From contig CANFJH010000001.1 of assembly GCA_947447395.1 (NCBI GenBank), forward strand, positions 4,628 to 68,627: a stretch of DNA of 64,000 nt, written 5' to 3'. Of the stretch, positions 27,677-37,997 are shown piece by piece. The position numbers were made by a program, and so were the translations under genes. The notes below the pieces were generated by a model that was not told the DNA's origin, made no database searches, and saw nothing but the letters and a program-made list of their open reading frames with translations. Source of the stretch: Microbacteriaceae bacterium. Lineage in GTDB: Bacteria; Actinomycetota; Actinomycetes; Actinomycetales; Microbacteriaceae. The first letter of the stretch is position 1. Each line of letters begins with the position of its first letter.

Positions 27677-29122
27677 ATCAAACCACTAGATCTGAGACTG
27701 CTCGCAAGAGCTAAGTCGGTGCGCTGGTGGTTATTGCTACTAGTCGGGCTAGGGCTAATTGGAAGTTTTGCTTCCGTAGCCCTAGCTTCGTCTATCTCAA
27801 ATTGGATCGCTGCAGCTGACCATCGCACTCAAGTTGATTCCATTTTGGTTTATTGGTTTGCGCTGGGACTTTTGATTAAGGTTTTGCAGCCTTTTGCGCA
27901 GGAGCGATTGTCGGCCAAGGTGAGTTCCCTGGTTAAGCGGGAATTTCGCAGAGAGTTACTAAGCGTTGATTTCTCGAGAATGGAACTATCTTCCGCGGAG
28001 ATAACAGTTCTTGCCTCTCGTGGTTTGGATGCACTTGATGCCTATTTCGGAAAGTTTCTACCGCAATTCGTCTACACACTTGTGGTCACACCGATTATGG
28101 TTTTGTTGTTTTTCTTAGTGGATCCGCTGAGCGCCTTTATTCTTGTCTTCACAATTCCACTTATTCCACTGTTCATGGTGTTTATTGGGCGGGCCACACA
28201 ACTTGAACAGGAGCGACAACTTGATGCTCTGACCAAATTGGGCTCCCACTTTGCTGAAGTTGTGCGTGGGATGTCAACACTCAAACTTTTTGGGCGAATT
28301 GAACACCAACTCGATGTGCTCAATGAAATTGGGGACAGGCTTCGTAAGCGCACCATGAAAGTCCTTCGCATTTCCTTTCTTTCGGGTTTCGCACTCGAGT
28401 TAGCAGCATCACTTTCGGTTGCATTGATTGCAGTGACCATTGGTTTCCGACTGATTGATGGGCTAATTCCTTTTTCTACTGCCATGTTTTTACTTATTTT
28501 GGCTCCCGACGCGTACCTCCCTATTCGAATGATTGGAGCAAATTACCACGCTTCAACTCAAGGAATCGCTTCGGCATCCAAGGTGCTCGATGTTCTAGAT
28601 GTGAAGACCAAACCAGTCAAACCGCAACCGCTTCCAGCGCCGGGTTTGGAGCTTTGGCATGGACCCTCTGGAGTTGGAAAGTCAAGGGCCTTAGAAGCTT
28701 TAATGCAAGGGCAAAACTTAAGTTTGGTTGCCTGGATGCCACAACAACCGGGGCTTTTCGCAGGGACAGTCCTGGAAAATATCACCGGCGGAGAAGCGGT
28801 GAAGTCTGCTGATTTGGCATGGGCTTTGGATAGTGCAGAACTTCAAGATGTTTTGCTTGATCACACTCTTGATGATTTTGGTCGTGGACTTTCAGGTGGG
28901 CAGGCGCAACGTGTGTCTCTTGCCAGGGCCCTATACAGGTTCAAATCGAAGAATTTGAAACACATACTTTTGGACGAGCCGACATCTTCGGTAGACCCCG
29001 AGATTGCAGGCCGAATTTGGAATCAACTGGTCAAGATTGCCACTAAGAATTCTGTTGTCGTAATTACTCACCAGCTTGAATATTCACATTTGGCCGATCG
29101 GGTGGTGGAAATTGAAGGCTAA
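27677..29122 (+). CDS. cydD: CydD ABC exporter subunit; probable ATC start, shortened ATPase domain
   Basis: KPLDLRLL N-terminus, LDAYFGKFLPQ, PLIPLFM, GPSGVGKS, LSGGQ, LLDEP; first canonical start is GTG 27719. Confidence 0.85.
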   Translation: MKPLDLRLLARAKSVRWWLLLLVGLGLIGSFASVALASSISNWIAAADHRTQVDSILVYWFALGLLIKVLQPFAQERLSAKVSSLVKREFRRELLSVDFSRMELSSAEITVLASRGLDALDAYFGKFLPQFVYTLVVTPIMVLLFFLVDPLSAFILVFTIPLIPLFMVFIGRATQLEQERQLDALTKLGSHFAEVVRGMSTLKLFGRIEHQLDVLNEIGDRLRKRTMKVLRISFLSGFALELAASLSVALIAVTIGFRLIDGLIPFSTAMFLLILAPDAYLPIRMIGANYHASTQGIASASKVLDVLDVKTKPVKPQPLPAPGLELWHGPSGVGKSRALEALMQGQNLSLVAWMPQQPGLFAGTVLENITGGEAVKSADLAWALDSAELQDVLLDHTLDDFGRGLSGGQAQRVSLARALYRFKSKNLKHILLDEPTSSVDPEIAGRIWNQLVKIATKNSVVVITHQLEYSHLADRVVEIEG

Positions 29123-30698
29123 GTTTCTCGCCGGTTGGTCAATTTCAGCCCTGCAAGCTCTAAGCTCGCTGGCTCTTTTAGCGACTTCTGCTTGGTTACT
29201 TTCTAGAGCCGACCAAAGACCTTCAATCATGTATCTATCGATTGCTGTTGTTGGGGTTCGTGCCTTTGCTCTTGGCAAGGCATTCTTTCGGTATTCGGAG
29301 CGTTTGGTCTTGCACGATGCGACTTTCCGAAAAGCTACAGCACGCAGGACCTCGGTATATTCGAGCCTCATAGATAGAGCTCCAATTGGCCTAACTGACA
29401 CCAATATGGGAAGTTTGGTGACCAGCCTTGTAGATGACACTGAAGAGTCACTTAACGAGGATTTGCGCTATCGCCCAGCACTAATTCAATCGGTTGCGGT
29501 ATCTGTCGCTGGTGTTGTTATTTATGTTTGGCTAATTCCGAAATTCGCGTGGTTGATGATCTTGGTGCTGCTCGCGGGAGCGTTGGGTACTTTCATCGCA
29601 TCCAAATTCGCGTCAAGAAACCTTCTGGAAAGGCTCAACTCTCTTCGTTCAGAGCTTTCTGCGATAGCCGAAAGCATTGTTGCGCGAAATCGAGTCATTC
29701 AGGCCTATGGCTGGCAAAGTCGATCTTTGGATGTGCTCGATGAAATAACGATGAAGGTGACTTCCGTTGAGAAGAAACTGGCCAACCGTGTGGGGTTAGT
29801 TCAAAGCGCAATTTCCTTGGGAACCTATCTAATTATTGGTTGCAGTATTTGGGTGACCTTCGCTGCGGGGCTGCTATTGCCTGGTGAGCAGGTGGCGGTT
29901 CTAGTTCTACTGCCATTGGCGATTTTTGAATATCTACAGGGGCTACCGGCAGCGTTTCAAGCGAAAGCAAAAGCCAGTGCCAGCATCGCCAGGCTAGAAA
30001 TTCTAGAAAAAGCGCAAACCCCAATCGAATTGCTGTCTGAAGGTTCCGAATGTCTCCAAGCTTTTGACAGTTTTGCGACTGAAAAGGTATCAGTTCGTTT
30101 TCCTAATGGAAATTTAGTTTCGCTTCCCGACTTAGCTGTCGTTAAGGGTGAAAGTGTTTCATTGGTAGGCCGCTCCGGCTCGGGTAAGTCAACTTTCGCA
30201 AACGTGCTCGTTGGCTACATCCAAGTGGCTGAAGGGTCCTTCTTGCTGAATGGAAAACCTATTGGGAGCTATTCAGGGAACTCCCTTAGGCAAAGCATTG
30301 GACTCGTTGAACAACAACCGGTTATGTTGGCGGGAACTGTGAAAGACAATCTTCTCCTCGCGGCGCCAAACGCAACAGATTCTGAAATGCTTCAGGCTCT
30401 GAACGATGTAAAGCTTTGGCCCATGTTGGAAATCCGACAAGGACTAGCCACAGATGTTGGACAGCTAGGCACCAAACTAAGTGGCGGTGAGGTTCAAAGG
30501 ATTGCTTTTGCTAGAAACCTTTTGGCGGAGCGTAAGTTAGTGATTTTGGACGAACCAACATCCTCGCTTGAACATGTTCAAGCGGCTGAAATCGTCAAGA
30601 ATTTCCTCGAGTTAGGCAAGCAAAAGGGTTTTACAGTGCTGCTAATCACACACGACAATAAACTTGCGCAATTGACCGATCGACTAATTAAGTTCTGA
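29112..30698 (+). CDS. cydC: CydC ABC exporter subunit
   Basis: SAWLLSRA, VGVRAFA, FRYSERLVLHD, GRSGSGKS, LSGGE, LDEPT; TTG start at 29112 inferred. Confidence 0.88.
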   Translation: MKAKFLAGWSISALQALSSLALLATSAWLLSRADQRPSIMYLSIAVVGVRAFALGKAFFRYSERLVLHDATFRKATARRTSVYSSLIDRAPIGLTDTNMGSLVTSLVDDTEESLNEDLRYRPALIQSVAVSVAGVVIYVWLIPKFAWLMILVLLAGALGTFIASKFASRNLLERLNSLRSELSAIAESIVARNRVIQAYGWQSRSLDVLDEITMKVTSVEKKLANRVGLVQSAISLGTYLIIGCSIWVTFAAGLLLPGEQVAVLVLLPLAIFEYLQGLPAAFQAKAKASASIARLEILEKAQTPIELLSEGSECLQAFDSFATEKVSVRFPNGNLVSLPDLAVVKGESVSLVGRSGSGKSTFANVLVGYIQVAEGSFLLNGKPIGSYSGNSLRQSIGLVEQQPVMLAGTVKDNLLLAAPNATDSEMLQALNDVKLWPMLEIRQGLATDVGQLGTKLSGGEVQRIAFARNLLAERKLVILDEPTSSLEHVQAAEIVKNFLELGKQKGFTVLLITHDNKLAQLTDRLIKF

Positions 30699-31445
30699 AG
30701 ACATCAGTTTTAGGCGACGTTGGAAAGATTCAAGGTGACGCTGTGGTCCAACCGGTCCGCCAAGGTTTACCCAGTCGGTAACCGGTCGAATGCCCGAAAA
30801 GGAACTAACAACCCAGAGTTCTAACCCAATCAAATCTTCTGGCCGAACGTTTTCGGTGCCGGACGTATAGCCGGCTTGATTGGCAATGTCGAGAAGATCG
30901 GAACGGGTGACACTCGGCAGCCACCTGGTGTTCTCGTCAGGACCGTACAGAACGTCGTCACGCCACCACAGCAGGCTCGATAGCGCGCCTTCCACAACGT
31001 AGCCGTCATCGTTCAAAATGATGGCTTCATCGGCTCCGTGCAGGTTTGCCTTACGTCGAAGAATCGCTCCGTAGGCAAGGTCCGGACCCTTGGTGGTTGG
31101 GTCGGTGCGGTCATCAGTTTCGTCGGTCGACCAAAGGGAAACCGCAGGCTTGAATTCGGCTGGTTCACGAAGCCTCAGCACCAGGTTGTCGTTGGAAAGT
31201 TCCAGCCTTGGAAACACTTGACCCTCGCGGGGAATCAACTTGATCGCTTCTTCCCAAAAGGTGTCTAGGTCTAAATCGGTAAGTTTTTCGGCGGACGAAT
31301 TGAAGCGAGCCTGATGCTTATGAAGAGAGCGAACTCGACCTTCGTTCACCAAAAAAGAGTCGGCAACCTGGATGGGCTGGTCATAGGCTTCAACCAGGTG
31401 GAGGGAGTGACCGTCGAAGACGTAAATAGCTTCGTTCACGCTCAC
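30684..31445 (-). CDS. Aminotransferase class IV, probable 4-amino-4-deoxychorismate lyase
   Basis: H..RF, KGPDL, DEAIIL...VVEG, LPSVTR; divergent from pabB. Confidence 0.75.
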   Translation of the reverse strand: MSVNEAIYVFDGHSLHLVEAYDQPIQVADSFLVNEGRVRSLHKHQARFNSSAEKLTDLDLDTFWEEAIKLIPREGQVFPRLELSNDNLVLRLREPAEFKPAVSLWSTDETDDRTDPTTKGPDLAYGAILRRKANLHGADEAIILNDDGYVVEGALSSLLWWRDDVLYGPDENTRWLPSVTRSDLLDIANQAGYTSGTENVRPEDLIGLELWVVSSFSGIRPVTDWVNLGGPVGPQRHLESFQRRLKLMSSELN

Positions 31446-31503
31446 TCCTTTCGTAAAAGTTCTTTCCGTCTAATCTAGTGAAAGGAAGCCTTCGGAAAGT
31501 GCC

Positions 31504-32787
31504 ATGAAGTTACATATTGAAACGCTAAAAGGTTGGGTAAGCCCAACCAATGCGTTCATCGCGCTTTATTCCGAAAGCCCCAACGCTTTTTGGTTAGACC
31601 GTGAATTCGCGAAAGCCGGCCGATTCAGTGTGATCGGCACCGGTTCGGAAGTTGCTTTCGATGGAATTGAGAAGCTAGCAGACTGCCTGGAAAACTATGA
31701 CGACGCTGACTTGCCGTTCGAATTCCGTCCAGGTCTGGTTGGTTGGTTGGATTTCGAGCTTCATAACCCAAGATTCTTGCGGGTTGAAAGTGCCATGGTG
31801 TTCGACCATGACAACCGCCACCTGTATCTGATCGCCAAAACCGATAGCGAAGAAAAGTTCCGACGTTGGCTAGATGCGGCACTGCTTCGAATCGGACTCA
31901 TCGGGGGAGAGAGCCTCAAATATTTGGCAGGCGTAGCCGAACCCAAAGTTGTATCGGTAACCCCGCGCCATAGTGATGCAGCCTATTTATCGCTGATTAC
32001 AAAGGCTCAAAAGCACATCGCAGAAGGTGATGTCTATCAACTCTGTTTGACCAACCAATACCAGGTTGATGCTAAAGCCGATCCGCTGGCTACGTTTATC
32101 GCTCTTCGTGAAATCAGTCCGGCTCCCTATGCCGGTTACTTCAAGTTTGGGCAGACAGTTCTGGTTTCTTCATCTCCGGAACAGTTCATTCAGGTAGGTG
32201 TCGACGGAGCGGTTTCGTCGAAGCCAATCAAGGGAACCAGGCCGCGCGGCGAAACTGAGCACTTGGACCAAGCCATCATCAAAGAATTGGCTACGAACCA
32301 AAAAGAACGCGCCGAGAATCTGATGATTGTCGATTTGATGCGAAATGACTTATCGAGGGTTTGTGAAGTAGATAGCGTCACCGTTGAAAAACTATTTGAT
32401 GTTGAAACGTACGCCACCGTTCACCAGTTGGTAAGTACCGTGCAGGGCAAGCTTGCCTCAGACAAAAATGCTAGTGACGTCATTGATGCCGCATTCCCTG
32501 GCGGTTCGATGACCGGCGCCCCGAAAATCCGGGCCATTGAAATCATTCGTGACTTGGAAGCAGGTCGTCGTGGTGTTTATTCGGGTATCGCTGGGTTCCT
32601 AGGCGATAACGGTTCAGCCGATTTCGGAATGGTCATTCGTTCTCTGGTTTTTGAAGGCGACAAAATCACCTTTGGTGTGGGCGGCGGTATCACCATCGAT
32701 AGCGACCCGCAGGCTGAGCTCGCCGAGACCAAGCTCAAGGCGCAGGCTATGCTCAGGGCACTTAAAGCCCCCAACCTGCTGGGGTAA
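31504..32787 (+). CDS. pabB: Aminodeoxychorismate synthase component I (anthranilate-synthase-I family)
   Basis: SSSPE, KPIKGTRPR, AENLMIVDLMRND, PGGSMTGAPK. Confidence 0.85.
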   Translation: MKLHIETLKGWVSPTNAFIALYSESPNAFWLDREFAKAGRFSVIGTGSEVAFDGIEKLADCLENYDDADLPFEFRPGLVGWLDFELHNPRFLRVESAMVFDHDNRHLYLIAKTDSEEKFRRWLDAALLRIGLIGGESLKYLAGVAEPKVVSVTPRHSDAAYLSLITKAQKHIAEGDVYQLCLTNQYQVDAKADPLATFIALREISPAPYAGYFKFGQTVLVSSSPEQFIQVGVDGAVSSKPIKGTRPRGETEHLDQAIIKELATNQKERAENLMIVDLMRNDLSRVCEVDSVTVEKLFDVETYATVHQLVSTVQGKLASDKNASDVIDAAFPGGSMTGAPKIRAIEIIRDLEAGRRGVYSGIAGFLGDNGSADFGMVIRSLVFEGDKITFGVGGGITIDSDPQAELAETKLKAQAMLRALKAPNLLG

Positions 32788-32829
32788 TTGGTAACCTTGA
32801 GGGAAACAAAACTTTCCCCAAACCAGTGA

Positions 32830-35286
32830 GTGAATCTGTTGTCTACTGAGCACGAATATGATGTCCAAGCCATTCAAGAGAAGTGGCTGCCGATTTGGGA
32901 TGACCTCAAGCCTTTTGACTCTGGAAAGCCTGGCGATGACCGCCCAAAGAAGTACGTACTGGACATGTTTCCCTACCCTTCAGGCGATCTGCACATGGGT
33001 CACGCTGAGGCGTATGCACTTGGCGACGTCATTGCTCGTTACTGGGCTCAAAAGGGTTTCAATGTAATGCACCCGATCGGCTGGGACTCGTTCGGTCTAC
33101 CCGCCGAAAACGCAGCCATCAAGCGTGGCCTAGACCCTAAAGGTTGGACCTACGACAACATCGCTCAGCAGCGAGCTTCCATGCGTCGATACGCCTGTTC
33201 ATTCGACTGGGACCGCGTACTAGTTACCTCTGATCCGATCTACTACCGTTGGAACCAGTGGTTATTCCTTGAGTTTTACAAGCGTGGACTTGCATACCGC
33301 AAAAACAGCGCTGTGAACTGGTGCCCGAGCTGCCAGACAGTGCTTGCCAACGAGCAGGTAGTTCAGGGTCTTTGCGAACGTTGCGATTCGGTTGTTACCA
33401 AGAAGGCACTAACCCAGTGGTACTTCAAGGTCACCGACTATGCAGACCGTCTACTAGATGACCTAGACACTTTGGAAGGCAACTGGCCGTCCAAGGTCCT
33501 AAACATGCAGCGCAATTGGATTGGCCGCTCTTACGGTGCCGAGGTCTCATTCGACATTGAGGGTAGCTCGGAACCAATCACGGTTTACACCACCCGCCCA
33601 GACACACTATTTGGCGCAACCTTCATGGTGGTCGCAGTTGACTCGGCACTTGCTTCGGAATTGGTTTCCAACTCGGACGCTTCGATTAAGGCGGAGTTCG
33701 ATTCCTATCTTGAAAAGACCAAGAAGTCGAATGATATTGAGCGACTAGCAACCGACCGCGAAAAGACCGGAGTTTTCACCGGACGCTATGCGATCAATCC
33801 GGTAAACGGCGAAAAATTACCAATTTGGGCTTCCGACTACGTACTAGCCGACTATGGAACCGGTGCCATCATGGCCGTTCCAGCCCACGACGACCGTGAC
33901 CGCGAATTCGCAGTCAAATTCAACCTCCCAATCGTCTCTGTCGTTGCCGACATCGAAGACACCCACGGCGACGGACCACGAATCAACTCCGGAGAATTCA
34001 ACGGACTAGAGCGCGAAGCTGCCGGCGATGCAATTGTGGCCAAGTTAGCCGAGCAAGACAAAGGCAAGAAGGCCAAAAACTTCCGTCTGCGCGACTGGTT
34101 GATTTCACGTCAGCGCTATTGGGGAACCCCAATCCCAATCATTCACTGTGACGCTTGCGGTGAGGTTCCGGTGCCAGAAGATCAGCTTCCAGTGGAACTT
34201 CCATCTGCAGAAGGCCTTGACCTAAAGCCGAAGGGTTCATCGCCACTCGGTGCCGCTGAAGACTGGGTCAACGTGCCTTGTCCAAATTGTGGCAAGCCAG
34301 CCAAGCGCGACTCAGACACCATGGACACCTTCGTGGACTCGTCTTGGTATTTCCTTCGCTACCTTTCACCGAAGAGTGAAACCGAAGCTTTCCCAATTGA
34401 AGCCGCCAAAGAGTGGGCTCCGGTCGATCAGTACGTTGGTGGTGTAACTCACGCGATTCTTCACCTTCTTTACGCCAGATTCTTCACCAAGGTTCTAAAC
34501 GACATGGGCATGATCGATTTCAACGAACCTTTCACTCGGTTGCTGAACCAGGGCATGGTTCAGATGAACGGCTCGGCGATGTCGAAGTCGCGTGGAAACC
34601 TAGTTCGACTAAGTGACCAGCTCGAAGACCACGGTGTAGACGCAATTCGTTTGACCATGGCATTTGCCGGCCCGCCAGAAGATGACATCGACTGGGCAGA
34701 TGTTTCACCCGCCGGTTCGGCCAAGTTCCTGGCTCGTGCCTGGCGCGCTGCATCGGATGTAACCAGTGCAGTGGGTGTTGATTTCTCGGCTGGAAATAAG
34801 GACCTACGCAAGGCGACTCATACCTTCCTTCGCGATTTTGGCCCGCTCGTTGAAAACTTCAAATTCAACGTTGGTGTTGCCAAGGTTATGGAACTCGTAA
34901 ATTCACTTCGCAAGGCAATCGACGGCGAAGTTGGTGCAGCCGACCCTGCAGTTAGAGAAGCTGCCGAGGCGGTGGCCATTGGGCTCTCGTTGTTTGCACC
35001 TTACACTTCAGAGGATATGTGGGCTGTCCTTGGCCATGAGCCAGGGGTTGCTCTGGCAGGGCTGCCAGTTGCTGACGAATCGCTTTTGGTTGAAAACTCG
35101 ATCGTTGCGATCGTCCAGGTTGATGGAAAGTTGCGCGACAAGTTTGAAGTTGCAACAGATATTTCAGCCGATGATTTGAAGGAAAAGGCTTTGAACTCTG
35201 ACGCAATCAAACGTGCGATTGGTGACCGTGAAATTGCCAACATAATCGTTCGTGAACCAAAGCTTGTGAGTATCGCAACCAAGTAA
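32830..35286 (+). CDS. leuS: Leucine--tRNA ligase
   Basis: [35 protein letters not shown]. Confidence 0.97.
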   Translation: MNLLSTEHEYDVQAIQEKWLPIWDDLKPFDSGKPGDDRPKKYVLDMFPYPSGDLHMGHAEAYALGDVIARYWAQKGFNVMHPIGWDSFGLPAENAAIKRGLDPKGWTYDNIAQQRASMRRYACSFDWDRVLVTSDPIYYRWNQWLFLEFYKRGLAYRKNSAVNWCPSCQTVLANEQVVQGLCERCDSVVTKKALTQWYFKVTDYADRLLDDLDTLEGNWPSKVLNMQRNWIGRSYGAEVSFDIEGSSEPITVYTTRPDTLFGATFMVVAVDSALASELVSNSDASIKAEFDSYLEKTKKSNDIERLATDREKTGVFTGRYAINPVNGEKLPIWASDYVLADYGTGAIMAVPAHDDRDREFAVKFNLPIVSVVADIEDTHGDGPRINSGEFNGLEREAAGDAIVAKLAEQDKGKKAKNFRLRDWLISRQRYWGTPIPIIHCDACGEVPVPEDQLPVELPSAEGLDLKPKGSSPLGAAEDWVNVPCPNCGKPAKRDSDTMDTFVDSSWYFLRYLSPKSETEAFPIEAAKEWAPVDQYVGGVTHAILHLLYARFFTKVLNDMGMIDFNEPFTRLLNQGMVQMNGSAMSKSRGNLVRLSDQLEDHGVDAIRLTMAFAGPPEDDIDWADVSPAGSAKFLARAWRAASDVTSAVGVDFSAGNKDLRKATHTFLRDFGPLVENFKFNVGVAKVMELVNSLRKAIDGEVGAADPAVREAAEAVAIGLSLFAPYTSEDMWAVLGHEPGVALAGLPVADESLLVENSIVAIVQVDGKLRDKFEVATDISADDLKEKALNSDAIKRAIGDREIANIIVREPKLVSIATK

Positions 35287-35342
35287 TCCACAGATCAGCC
35301 AGAGACTGCTCGAGGTAGTTCGCGAGAACCTAGTCTTTGGAA

Positions 35343-35915
35343 ATGGAATGGCTCAAAAACAACTGGTTTCAAGCCAGAAGTGGTGATGTAAAGTCTCGCC
35401 GAAGATTGTTGATTCTTGCAGTAGCTATGGTTGTTGCCATTGCATTGCTGGTTTCTGGTCAAAGCTCGAGCCAGCCCATTTCAATCGCGGTTCATAAAAC
35501 TGGCCATGTAGTTTCGAGTTCGTCCGGCTATGTTCATCTGACTGGCGCAGTCAAATCTCCTGGCGTATATCCAATTACCGCGGGAATGCGACTCTTCGAA
35601 GTGATTGCACTAGCTGGAGGGTTCACACTAAAAGCTGACCGAGCCAGTGTCAATTTGGCGAGAACCGTGAACGATGGTGAACAAATAATCGTGAGTGGAA
35701 GCAGTGCCTCACCGGTTACAGATGGGCTTATCCATTTGAATAAGGCAAGTGCGAGTGACCTCGATAAACTTCCAGGCATCGGGCCAACCTTGGCTCAGCG
35801 AATAATCGATTGGCGTGCTGCAAACGGAGGCTATAGATCGGTCGATGACCTGCGCAAAGTAGGCGGCATTGGAGAAAAACTATTCGCCGGAATTAGAAAA
35901 CTCGTTTCCGTTTGA
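35343..35915 (+). CDS. comEA: ComEA DNA-binding competence protein
   Basis: N-terminal TM, SLBB domain (GAVKSPGVY), HhH LPGIGP...VGGIG; probable leaderless ATG at 35343. Confidence 0.9.
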   Translation: MEWLKNNWFQARSGDVKSRRRLLILAVAMVVAIALLVSGQSSSQPISIAVHKTGHVVSSSSGYVHLTGAVKSPGVYPITAGMRLFEVIALAGGFTLKADRASVNLARTVNDGEQIIVSGSSASPVTDGLIHLNKASASDLDKLPGIGPTLAQRIIDWRAANGGYRSVDDLRKVGGIGEKLFAGIRKLVSV

Positions 35916-37987
35916 GACGTCGATTTCTTTATCTTTTCGTCACATTAGTAAGTCTTTATTTCGCTTCGTTTTTTGTGCAGAGTTCAATCTTGCAACCAGT
36001 TCAAGCGAAAGTTGCGGCGTCCGAGTTTAGAGAGTTGGATGTGAAATTTTGTGTTGATTACAAGGTTGGCACCCGATTTGCGATTAAAGTTACCGGCGGG
36101 GGATTGCCTAAAGGTTCAGCTGGGCTCCTATCAACCAAATCGATAGTGCTAATACCAGGAGACTGCCTAACTGCAAGCCTTCAATTAAGTAGGCCAAACG
36201 GATTTAACCGATTTGCATTCAACGCAAACCTAAAGCGCGCGCTATCGCCGGTTACACATAACAAGGACCTAATTTTCCTCAATTCCATTAGGGGCTTTGC
36301 TTCACACCTCACTGGAGACTCAGAAAACCTCGTTGCAGGTCTGGCGATTGGAATCGACACCGGACTCAGTAAACAGTTTTTACAAAACATGAAATCAACC
36401 GGACTTACTCATCTGACAGCGGTTTCCGGAGCAAACTGCGCCATCGTGCTCGCAGCATTTTGGTTTCTTGGAAAGAAACTGCGAATCGGCCGAAAGTTTA
36501 GATTCTTTGGATCGGTTGCAGCATTAGCGTTTTACGTTCTGCTCGTAGGGCCGCAACCATCGGTATTGCGAGCCGCTTTTCTTATGACGGTGGTGCTGTT
36601 TGCCTATGAATTTGGTAGAAAAGTTTGGATACCGGCAGCGCTCGGAATTGGTTCTGCATTGTTATTAGTGACAGACCCCTGGTTAGTTGCCGACTACGGT
36701 TTCTGGCTATCTGTTTTGGCAACTTTTGGTTTGGTAATTCTCACTCCCAAATTGACTGCAGCCTTTGAATTGCATCTACCCAAAAGTATTGCAGTTGCTT
36801 TGGCTGCCACAATTGCTGCTCAATTGTGGTGTCTGCCGTTGCTCGCCGAACTCCAGGGTGGTTTCACAACCTACTCAATACTTGCCAATCTTTTAGTTGA
36901 GCCAACTGTTCCATTGATTACTTTGCTTGGATTGCTTTCAATGATTACTGGGGCCATGTCGAATGTGCTTGGAACGGCACTTTTGTCAGTTCCGGAATTG
37001 TTTGCTAGATGGATTGTATTTGTCGCCAATTCACTGTCGGCCGCTCCTGTTCGATTGCTTGGACTACCAACGGGTGCAATCGGTTTCTTGCTCATTGCAC
37101 TTTTCATAGTGTCATCAAGTATTGCTTTGCTCAAGAGAAACAAACTTGCGGTTCTCTCGAGTGTGCTTCTCCCATTGATTTGGTTTGGGTCGCAGTTGGG
37201 TGGCGCTGCAACGGCTTTGACTTGGCCAATTCAAGGATGGCAAATTGTTTCCTGTGACGTTGGTCAAGGTGACGCTCTGGTCATTAGAGGACTCGACAAG
37301 ATTGCAGTTATCGATGTTGGAAAGGATCCCGACCTGATTGATGCATGCCTCGATCGAATTGGAGTAGCAAGAATCGATTTGTTGGTTCTCACCCATTTCG
37401 ATTTGGATCACGTGGGCGGTATTTCAGGTGCGCTACGAGGCAGGAAGGTCATCGAGGCAATGGTTTCTCCGTATCATGACCCTCGCCCAGAAGCTGAAGC
37501 ATTGAAACGCACGCTGGAAAGTATTGCGGGGGAAGTGGTTTCGCCTAAATTAGGAGCTCACGGCACCCTGGGAAATTATTCATGGCAGGTATTTAGTTCG
37601 CTTGAGGGAGATGCCCAGACGGCAAATCAGGGATCGCTTGGCATTCGTTTTGAATCGGCAGACGTAGTCATTTACACAATGGCTGACTTGGATGAATATG
37701 CACAGAATTTGGCGGTTGGGGCCGTTAGTGCATCGAGTAAACCAACAATCGTAAAAGTCTCCCATCACGGTTCAGCCGATCAGTCGCCAGATTTCTACAG
37801 CAAAATCGAAGCAGACCTTGGCCTGATTTCAGTAGGTTTAGGGAATCCCTATGGTCACCCAACATCTAAAATATTGAAAATCTTGAGTGCGACCCAAACC
37901 GAGGTTATGCGAACAGACAAATTGGGTTCGATTTCCGTACGGATTCAGCACGGACAAATCGATGCTCGCGTCTCAGGCGCTAGGTAG
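35912..37987 (+). CDS. comEC: ComEC/Rec2 DNA-uptake channel with metallo-beta-lactamase domain
   Basis: GLTHLTAVSGAN, PSVLRAA, DVGQGDA, THFDLDHVGG, KVSHHGS, NPYGHP. Confidence 0.92.
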   Translation: MRRRFLYLFVTLVSLYFASFFVQSSILQPVQAKVAASEFRELDVKFCVDYKVGTRFAIKVTGGGLPKGSAGLLSTKSIVLIPGDCLTASLQLSRPNGFNRFAFNANLKRALSPVTHNKDLIFLNSIRGFASHLTGDSENLVAGLAIGIDTGLSKQFLQNMKSTGLTHLTAVSGANCAIVLAAFWFLGKKLRIGRKFRFFGSVAALAFYVLLVGPQPSVLRAAFLMTVVLFAYEFGRKVWIPAALGIGSALLLVTDPWLVADYGFWLSVLATFGLVILTPKLTAAFELHLPKSIAVALAATIAAQLWCLPLLAELQGGFTTYSILANLLVEPTVPLITLLGLLSMITGAMSNVLGTALLSVPELFARWIVFVANSLSAAPVRLLGLPTGAIGFLLIALFIVSSSIALLKRNKLAVLSSVLLPLIWFGSQLGGAATALTWPIQGWQIVSCDVGQGDALVIRGLDKIAVIDVGKDPDLIDACLDRIGVARIDLLVLTHFDLDHVGGISGALRGRKVIEAMVSPYHDPRPEAEALKRTLESIAGEVVSPKLGAHGTLGNYSWQVFSSLEGDAQTANQGSLGIRFESADVVIYTMADLDEYAQNLAVGAVSASSKPTIVKVSHHGSADQSPDFYSKIEADLGLISVGLGNPYGHPTSKILKILSATQTEVMRTDKLGSISVRIQHGQIDARVSGAR

Positions 37988-37997
37988 GCTGTACTTC

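Noticed and set aside
34576-34590. LeuRS AMSKS instead of KMSKS
   Set aside because: The catalytic second Lys is intact and first-position variation is tolerated; not evidence of inactivation.
35284-35293. TAATCCACAG DnaA-box-like sequence upstream of comEA
   Set aside because: One mismatch, overlaps the leuS stop, single copy; unsupported without comparative data.
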